Below are positions 57,465-64,000 of a stretch of DNA of 64,000 nucleotides, piece after piece. Every line of letters starts with the position of its first letter. The stretch's first letter is position 1. Made by a program: the position numbers and the translations under genes. Origin of the DNA: Chlamydiota bacterium (GTDB lineage Bacteria > Chlamydiota > Chlamydiia > Chlamydiales > JAAZZY01); NCBI GenBank assembly GCA_022601335.1, contig JAJACV010000025.1, positions 1 to 64,000 of the forward strand, read 5' to 3'. The notes under the pieces were generated by a model, which was not told where the DNA came from, searched no databases, and saw only the letters and a list, made by a program, of their open reading frames with translations.

Positions 57465-58973
57465 CTAGTACCCGCCTTGCGAGTCAATTAAATCTTCTAG
57501 AAAGGCAAGAACCAAGCGTACTCCGACACCTGTAGCTTTGGTTGTATGATAGTCTTTTGGCTCGGACAGATAGGCTGTACCTGCAATGTCCAGGTGCGCC
57601 CAAGGAGTAGATTGAACAAACTCTTGTAGAAAAAGACCTGCAACTGCGGCTGCTGGGTAAGCGCCCCCAGTTGAAGCATTTTTCAAATCTGCAAGACTCG
57701 ATCTTAAAGCCACTTTATAATCTTCAAAAAGAGGAAGCTTCCAAAGAAGTTCACCACTTTTTTTTCCAGATACAATCAGCTTTTTTGCAAGACTTGAATC
57801 GTTTGACATAAGGCCTGACATTTTATTACCTAAGGCGGCTATTACACCCCCTGTTAGGGTCGCTAAGTCAATCAGGTGCTTTGGATGAAGATTTTTTTCA
57901 GCATAAGCTAAAGCATCAGCTAAAATAAGCCTTCCCTCCGCATCTGTATTTGTAATTTCCACAGTATTTCCATGATAACTCTCATACACATCTCCTGGCT
58001 TATAAGCTTTATCACTAATCGCATTTTCACAAGCGGGAATCACCCCAATTATATTGATAGGCAAATCCAATTGAGCGACAGCATGCAGTACGCCTAGCAC
58101 AGCGGCAGCCCCACCCATATCGCATTTCATGTGAACGATAGTACCTTTGGCCGCTTTAAGTTGAATGCCACCTGTATCATAAGTCACACCTTTCCCAACG
58201 AGAACAGTGGCTTTTTTATCTGCAGGATCCCCTTTGTAATTAACCATGATCAAAGCCGGGTTTGCTGAGCTTCCCTGGTTAACCGCAAGTATTAATTTCA
58301 AATTTTCTTTTTCAAGGCGTTTTTTATCAAAAACGAGGGTGGATATTTTTTTAAATTTTTTCTGAAAATCGAAGGCTATTTCGGATAATTTATCTGCATT
58401 AAGCGTATCTGCATTTTCATTTACTAGGTCTCTCGCTAAATTAACTCCTTCACAAATCGATGCATGCTTTTTAAGCAATGGTTTGAACTCATTTTCCAAC
58501 CCAATGAACCGGATCATTTTTAATTGGGGGTGTCTTTTTTTTGTCGTATTTTTAAGTTTTGTAAAGACATAGCTTGATAAAAAAAAGCCTTCGCACAAAC
58601 CTCTTAGAGATTCCTGTTTTGAAAGTTTTTTAAATTCAGGAAACAGAACGTTGACACTTTTAAAGCCACGTTCATGCGAAAATCGAGTCAACACAGCACA
58701 TGACTTTCGAAGATCCTCTGTACAAGCTTTTGATTCGACCCCCAGCCCTAGCAGCGCGAGCCTTGGCTCTTGCTGCCTCGTGGGATGCAAAATAAAGATC
58801 TCCCCTAAATGCCCCCTGAAATCACCCAATTCAATAATTTTTTTAATTTCTTTTTGGAAAAGGGAGGTTTTAAAAAGGCTGAACGGCCCTCCCTGCTTTT
58901 TTTGACAGAAGGGAAGTACGAGTAAATCAGCCTTAGGGCGTTCTTGTAGAGATTTAATCTGAATAATTTTCAT
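57465..58973 (-). CDS. pepA: Leucyl aminopeptidase (M17)
   Basis: NTDAEGRL signature with metal ligands (VGKGVTYDTGG and DMGGAA). Confidence 0.9.
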   Translation of the reverse strand: MKIIQIKSLQERPKADLLVLPFCQKKQGGPFSLFKTSLFQKEIKKIIELGDFRGHLGEIFILHPTRQQEPRLALLGLGVESKACTEDLRKSCAVLTRFSHERGFKSVNVLFPEFKKLSKQESLRGLCEGFFLSSYVFTKLKNTTKKRHPQLKMIRFIGLENEFKPLLKKHASICEGVNLARDLVNENADTLNADKLSEIAFDFQKKFKKISTLVFDKKRLEKENLKLILAVNQGSSANPALIMVNYKGDPADKKATVLVGKGVTYDTGGIQLKAAKGTIVHMKCDMGGAAAVLGVLHAVAQLDLPINIIGVIPACENAISDKAYKPGDVYESYHGNTVEITNTDAEGRLILADALAYAEKNLHPKHLIDLATLTGGVIAALGNKMSGLMSNDSSLAKKLIVSGKKSGELLWKLPLFEDYKVALRSSLADLKNASTGGAYPAAAVAGLFLQEFVQSTPWAHLDIAGTAYLSEPKDYHTTKATGVGVRLVLAFLEDLIDSQGGY

Positions 58974-58976
58974 TAC

Positions 58977-59399
58977 TTAAAAAGGGATTTCATCATCTGT
59001 GTTTGAAGATTCAGATGCTGGCTGGGAAGCTACTGCAGCCGTTTTTTGAGCAAAGTCACCTTGTTTTCCCTCTGAAGAGCTTGAACCTTTTCCAAAAGGA
59101 CTAAATTTGATTACATCTGCTACGATATCTAAGGAAACTTGAGGTCTGCCCTCTTTATCTGTATAGATTTCAGGCTTACCCATCTCTCCAATCACTATTA
59201 AGGGACTTCCTTTTTTGAAATAGGGAAGAATTTTGTCAAAACGATCTCCCCAAATAGTCACTCTCCACCAAATAGTCATATCTTGCCCCCCTTTTCTAGA
59301 GTGAGCTGCAAGCCTTAGTGTCACTACTTTTTGACCAGTTGCAGTAAATCGTTCTTCTGGATCGGCACCTAAATGTCCCGCTATTTGTAACCAATTCAT
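58977..59399 (-). CDS. ssb: Single-stranded DNA-binding protein
   Basis: OB-fold N-domain, a Gly/Ser/Gln-rich linker and an acidic tip ending DDEIPF. Confidence 0.9.
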   Translation of the reverse strand: MNWLQIAGHLGADPEERFTATGQKVVTLRLAAHSRKGGQDMTIWWRVTIWGDRFDKILPYFKKGSPLIVIGEMGKPEIYTDKEGRPQVSLDIVADVIKFSPFGKGSSSSEGKQGDFAQKTAAVASQPASESSNTDDEIPF

Positions 59400-59540
59400 A
59401 CAGAGTCTCCCTGGGTTGGGTTAAGAATATTTTGATCTGACAAGATCTGGATACTATGCGCGAATCTATGAGAATATTTCAAGAAAAAGAAGTTGCAAGA
59501 GATACTTTTTTAAGTTCTCTTGCAACGAAGTAAAGACAAA

Positions 59541-60077
59541 TTAAATTTTTAAGATGTTTTGGCCAGGAGAGGGAGGAGGCTGTCCTCCAGGGCCACCCGA
59601 TGGAGGTAATCCTCCAGGTCCTATTCCTCCAGTCCCAGGCCTAGGAATTTCGACTTCTTTGCCTTCCATGACAGCTTTAGCTATTTTACGCCATTTCTCA
59701 ACAGTCTCAACATAAAGCGGAGCAAAGCCTCTTAAAGCCTGCATACTCGCATGCTCCATATCTAAAACACAGTGCAATAAAATCAGTTCTTCTTTAACAG
59801 CCACACCGACTCCACCGCCGGCCATCTGGCCTCCTAACATAGATCCTTCGAGTAACTTCTCATACAGCCTTAAACGAATTTTAGAATCTTTAGGCAGCCC
59901 ATCAATAATTGGTGAATAGATATAAAGTCTTTTTGAGTTTGGCTCATAAGTCATATGCATTGAAAATTCATCATCAATACCCAAAATACATGTATTATTT
60001 TCATCAAACTCTAGACCCTCAAGACCTAGCTCTTTTCCAAATTCGACCAAGTTTTCTTTGGCATTTTCTAACGACAT
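59541..60077 (-). CDS. Type III secretion class I chaperone-like protein (SycE/CesT/Scc1-like) with a Gly/Pro-rich C-terminal tail
   Basis: The start at 60077 (MSLENAK) is preceded by an AAGGAAGGG SD. LVEFGKELGLEGLEFDENNTCILGIDDEF...L is collinear with chlamydial Scc1 LLTELGTQINSPLTPDSNNACIVRFGYNN. The protein is acidic, about 150 aa plus a tail. Confidence 0.5.
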   Translation of the reverse strand: MSLENAKENLVEFGKELGLEGLEFDENNTCILGIDDEFSMHMTYEPNSKRLYIYSPIIDGLPKDSKIRLRLYEKLLEGSMLGGQMAGGGVGVAVKEELILLHCVLDMEHASMQALRGFAPLYVETVEKWRKIAKAVMEGKEVEIPRPGTGGIGPGGLPPSGGPGGQPPPSPGQNILKI

Positions 60078-60233
60078 AATTCCCTTCCTTAGTGGCTCAA
60101 TAAATTTAGTGGGTGGATGGTAACAGAGGATTTGATATCTCTGCAATCAATTTTTGAATTTAGACTGATAGATCTAGTTAAATACGGTCCCCTATCTTAA
60201 ACATCAGGCACTCAGTTAAGGCGCAGGGAGGAG

Positions 60234-61250
60234 CTATAGAATAAGCATGGCATCGCCATAAGAGAAAAATTTAAACTGTTTCTCTATCGCGGTTTGGTAA
60301 GCTTTTTTTGCAAGAGATTCTCCCATAAAAGCACAAATTAAAATAAAAAGAGAAGATTTAGGAAGATGGAAGTTTGTAAGCAGGTGATCTACATATTTAA
60401 ATCGATAGCCGGGTTGAATAAATAAAGAGGTTTTATTCCTCCCTGTCTCTATGAATCCTTCTGAATTTGCAGCGGACTCCAAAGCCCTTAAGGTGGTTGT
60501 CCCCACGCAAATAGAACGCCCTAGTGTTTTTTGATTCAAGTTGGAAGCAACTTCTTGAGACACATGAAACACTTCTTCATGCATCAAATGCTTGTTTAAA
60601 TCTTCATCCACAATAGATTGAAAGGTTCCAAGTCCCACATGGAGAGTGAGCATTTCTTGTTGTATGCCCTTTTCTGCCAATTCTTTTAGTAGTTTTGGGG
60701 TAAAATGAAGTCCCGCAGTAGGTGCTGCAACAGAACCTCTAGATTGAGCATAAACAGTTTGATAACTCTCTTTATCTTTCGGATCAGGAGTTTCCCGTTT
60801 TATGTAAGGAGGAAGTGGGATGATCCCAATTCTGTCTAATTCATCCATTAGATTTTTACAATCAAACTGGACCACCTTATAAGATTCTAGATCCTCAATA
60901 ACGCGTCCTGTTAATCGATCTGAAAAAAACAGTTCTGTTCCTAGTTTTAGTTTTTTCCCTGGCTTTGCCAGCACTTCCCAACAATTATGCCCTCGCTCTT
61001 TAGTCAAAAGTAATTCAAGACGTCCTCCTGCTTTTCTTTTCCCAAGAAGGCGCGCTGGAAACACTTTTGTATCGTTGAAAATGAGGGAATCTTCAGGGTC
61101 AAGAAATGAAAGGAGATCTTTAAAAGCTATTTCAAAGATCTCCTCTGTCTTACGGTTAATAACCATTAACCTCGACTCATCTCTTTGACTCCTCGGGTAC
61201 TGAGCAATCAGCTCATCGGGAAGATCAAAGTTAAACTGTGAAAGAAACAT
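60234..61250 (-). CDS. queA: S-adenosylmethionine:tRNA ribosyltransferase-isomerase
   Basis: FDLPDELIAQYP..RD.SRL N-terminus and GTTT.R.LES motif. Confidence 0.9.
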   Translation of the reverse strand: MFLSQFNFDLPDELIAQYPRSQRDESRLMVINRKTEEIFEIAFKDLLSFLDPEDSLIFNDTKVFPARLLGKRKAGGRLELLLTKERGHNCWEVLAKPGKKLKLGTELFFSDRLTGRVIEDLESYKVVQFDCKNLMDELDRIGIIPLPPYIKRETPDPKDKESYQTVYAQSRGSVAAPTAGLHFTPKLLKELAEKGIQQEMLTLHVGLGTFQSIVDEDLNKHLMHEEVFHVSQEVASNLNQKTLGRSICVGTTTLRALESAANSEGFIETGRNKTSLFIQPGYRFKYVDHLLTNFHLPKSSLFILICAFMGESLAKKAYQTAIEKQFKFFSYGDAMLIL

Positions 61251-61251
61251 T

Positions 61252-62454
61252 TTATTTTTTAGTATTCATAAAATTGATTTTAATATCTGGAAAAAAAGCT
61301 TCTAGGATTTCAGCTGCATTCTTTCCTCTTTTAGCCATCTCTTGTGCACTAAAAAGGCAAAGCCCAGCTCCTGGTCCTTCACCATACCCAACAAAAGAGA
61401 AACTTTTGTCAGAATATTGTACTGAAAAATCTGTACTTTTCAAGTTATTTTCGCCCAGCATCGCTTGAAATTTCATGATATCTAGATCTAAAGAATTTTC
61501 TTGGTTTTCAAAACGGATCCCATAAACTTTACCTGAATCAACATCGGTGTAAAGTTCGTATTTGGCAATACCTTCCCAACCCAATTTCTTTGCTAAATCT
61601 TCCATATGAATCGCATATCTCCATCGAGAGTCCGCTCTATTTGCTTGAGCTAAAGGAGACTCTACTCCTTTATGAGAAGTAAACCCCTCTTTTCGATGAA
61701 CAACATGGTATGGGACTGTCTTGCCTGCACAATGTCCTGTGTAAGTGGCATCAAAAAAGCCATCTTGAGTTCCATAACGATCCGATTTCATCACCAAGTG
61801 ATGCGTCATAGCTACAGCCTCATCAACTCCATTCCTTCTAGAACAAACACAAGAGCCTTGATACCCTATTTCTCTGCCATCAAGATGCCAGAATGAAGAT
61901 TCATTTCGAGTGGAGTAAAAGTAAGCCTGAGTTCTAACTACAATAGATAAAGCTGCAAGAACTTCAGGGTGCAGTTGCGAGTTGATTTTTGGATTTAGCA
62001 TGGAACTTACAAAGTCTTCGATAGGTAATACGTTGACAATACTAAGGGTACTTCCTACCTGGTAAATATATAAATCACCTGAATATTGAATACCATTTAA
62101 GAGGATGTAGGTATCTTCATTTTTTGGAACAACGGCAACTTGAAAAACACCTGGATATTGTTCACCCCACGCAATTCCATCAAGAGTAGGTCTCAATAAA
62201 AACTGTTTATCTAAAACTCCCTTTGCAACTTTATTTCCCTCTTTGGGATCAAAAATTTGGTACCCTCCTCTAATCTCGAGGTTTGCAGCGTCTATATCCT
62301 TATAAAGAAGCACTTTGACCAATCCTAAGTTAGAAGCTTGCTCAATCTTAACATGACGAGTAGGCAAAGTCTCAGCTCTAACGACCGTTGTTATGCTCAA
62401 TAATAAAAATAGACCTATAAAGGCTCTTAAACGCATAGTATACCTCTTATACAA
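61252..62454 (-). CDS. Secreted SpoIID/LytB-domain protein (putative peptidoglycan-remodelling enzyme)
   Basis: Signal peptide present. EDFVSSML...EVLAALSIVVRTQAYFY resembles the SpoIID core EEYL.GVV..EMP...EALKAQAVAARSYALY. The similarity is moderate. Confidence 0.45.
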   Translation of the reverse strand: MYKRYTMRLRAFIGLFLLLSITTVVRAETLPTRHVKIEQASNLGLVKVLLYKDIDAANLEIRGGYQIFDPKEGNKVAKGVLDKQFLLRPTLDGIAWGEQYPGVFQVAVVPKNEDTYILLNGIQYSGDLYIYQVGSTLSIVNVLPIEDFVSSMLNPKINSQLHPEVLAALSIVVRTQAYFYSTRNESSFWHLDGREIGYQGSCVCSRRNGVDEAVAMTHHLVMKSDRYGTQDGFFDATYTGHCAGKTVPYHVVHRKEGFTSHKGVESPLAQANRADSRWRYAIHMEDLAKKLGWEGIAKYELYTDVDSGKVYGIRFENQENSLDLDIMKFQAMLGENNLKSTDFSVQYSDKSFSFVGYGEGPGAGLCLFSAQEMAKRGKNAAEILEAFFPDIKINFMNTKK

Positions 62455-63454
62455 CTTTATTTTTGTTCTTTAAGTGCTCATAAGCTAACGCTGTCACTTC
62501 TCTCCCTCGGGAGGTTCTTTTAATAAATCCCTGCATGATTAGATAGGGTTCATAGACCTCTTCTAGCGTTGAAGATTCTTCTCCCAACGCAACGGCCAAA
62601 GTATTTAACCCAACAGGTCCCCCGTTATAATGATCTATGATAATAAATAAAATCTTTTTATCAATTTCATCTAAACCCTTGTCGTCTATAGCAAGCATTT
62701 TCGAAGCTTTTTCAACAATACCCTCAGTAATTACACCATTAGCTTTAATCTGAGCATAATCTCTCATCCAACGAAAAAGGTTATTTGCAATACGGGGAGT
62801 TCCTCTGGATCGCTTGGCAATTTCAAGGGCAGCCTTATCATTTAGTTTCGTTTTTAAAATAGCCGCTGATCGCTTTACTATTTCTTTCAGTGTTTCAGGT
62901 TGATAAAAATCGAGTCTGAAGTTCAAAGCAAAACGCGATCGCATGGGCGCTGTTAGCAACCCTTGTTTTGTAGTCGCTCCAATTAAAGAAAAGGGATTTA
63001 ATTTCACTTGCACTGAGCGTGCATGTGGGCCACTATCTATAATTAAATCCAAGGTGTAGTCCTCCATAGCTGGATACAGATATTCTTCTACGACGCGATT
63101 CAATCGATGAATTTCATCTATAAATAGTACGTCTCCGGGCTGCAAATTTGTTAAAATCCCCGCTAAGTCACTTGGTTTTTCAAGAATGGGCCCTGATGTA
63201 GTCACCAAATTGGCACCCATCTCTCTAGCAACAATAGCAGCCAGTGTACTTTTTCCAAGTCCCGGAGGTCCACTGAAAAGAGCATGTCGAAGTACATCTT
63301 TTCTTTCCTTTGCAGCTCTAATAAATACATCTAGTCTTTCTAAAATCTGAGCCTGTCCTGAAAATTCATAAAGTCTTTGAGGGCGAAGAGGCTCTTCGTA
63401 ATTCTGATCTCTTTCTTGTAGGGGAGATAAAGGAGGTTCTTTCGAGTTTTCCAT
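62447..63454 (-). CDS. ruvB: Holliday junction branch migration helicase RuvB
   Basis: Walker [12 protein letters not shown] and DEIHRL. The start at 63454 (MENSKEPP) is preferred over the upstream in-frame ORF-track start at 63532. Confidence 0.9.
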   Translation of the reverse strand: MENSKEPPLSPLQERDQNYEEPLRPQRLYEFSGQAQILERLDVFIRAAKERKDVLRHALFSGPPGLGKSTLAAIVAREMGANLVTTSGPILEKPSDLAGILTNLQPGDVLFIDEIHRLNRVVEEYLYPAMEDYTLDLIIDSGPHARSVQVKLNPFSLIGATTKQGLLTAPMRSRFALNFRLDFYQPETLKEIVKRSAAILKTKLNDKAALEIAKRSRGTPRIANNLFRWMRDYAQIKANGVITEGIVEKASKMLAIDDKGLDEIDKKILFIIIDHYNGGPVGLNTLAVALGEESSTLEEVYEPYLIMQGFIKRTSRGREVTALAYEHLKNKNKVV

Positions 63455-63550
63455 ACTGAATCTGTAATAAATGTAGAAATAAATGGGGTTTGTTTCTATT
63501 TTAGTCGAAATAAACAAATTAATGGAATCCAAAAAAAATCGGAGGATAAA

Positions 63551-64000
63551 ATGTCGATTAAATCAGATCGATGGATAAGAAGAAAAGCTCTTAAAGACAA
63601 AATGATTGAACCTTTTGTTGATACGCAAGTAGCCTTAATCGAGGATTCAAAAGATTTACAGACATCTAACACAACCTCTTCAACACAATTGCTAGAACAC
63701 CCTCAAACTTCTTCAAAAAAAGCTATTTCTTATGGTCTTTCCTCTTATGGATACGATCTACGGGTCTCTGATAAATTTAAGGTGTTTACTAATGTGCATA
63801 ATTCCATAGTAGACCCAAAGAATTTTCAAGAGAATTCTTTTGTTGATATTCAAACAGATGTTTGTATCGTACCTCCCAACTCCTTTGCTTTAGCTGTCAG
63901 TGTTGAGTACTTTCGGATTCCTAAAAATGTACTTACGATTTGTCTAGGCAAATCAACTTATGCACGCTGTGGTATTATTGTGAATGTTACCCCTTTTGAG
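63551..64000 (+). CDS. dcd: dCTP deaminase (3' end beyond the window)
   Basis: [22 protein letters not shown] matches the Dcd N-terminus (MSIKSDKWIRRMA..GMIEPF). A GGAGGA SD lies 8 nt upstream. The ORF runs to the window end. Confidence 0.8.
   Translation, partial: MSIKSDRWIRRKALKDKMIEPFVDTQVALIEDSKDLQTSNTTSSTQLLEHPQTSSKKAISYGLSSYGYDLRVSDKFKVFTNVHNSIVDPKNFQENSFVDIQTDVCIVPPNSFALAVSVEYFRIPKNVLTICLGKSTYARCGIIVNVTPFE

Overview
AT-rich bacterial chromosomal segment whose gene content and order look like a Chlamydiae-type genome, most likely an environmental, amoeba-associated chlamydia-like organism. That assignment is an inference from the sequence alone. Supporting it: an aroB/aroDE-fusion/aroA/aroK shikimate operon, a gyrB-gyrA-tmk block with a DUF721 gene upstream, the eubacterial-type (not bifunctional GlgA-GlgB-like) chlamydia-style glgA start, three ankyrin-repeat genes, a HEAT-repeat lipoprotein, a large TPR protein and a type III secretion class I chaperone-like gene. 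Most of the window is core housekeeping: ribosomal proteins L9, S18, S6, L25 and L33, pth, prs, ispE, zwf, pgl, tsaD, queA, ruvB, ssb, pepA, dcd, holB, lptD, mgtE and one tRNA-Gln. Islands of accessory content are interleaved with these core genes: (1) a translationally coupled three-gene operon of two PLP enzymes plus an SDR that looks like a small amino-ketone/amino-alcohol biosynthetic module; (2) a holB operon that carries a flavin-dependent-halogenase-like gene and a cyclase/kynurenine-formamidase-like gene; (3) a recent tandem duplication that left a decayed tmk fragment and two paralogous small membrane proteins; (4) ankyrin/HEAT/TPR eukaryote-like proteins, one with perfect in-frame tandem repeats; (5) a kinase-only hldE plus hldD heptose pair; (6) a divergent pair of orphan proteins, one with a J-domain-like segment whose HPD motif reads HAD. 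No CRISPR array, rRNA, IS element or prophage was recognised.
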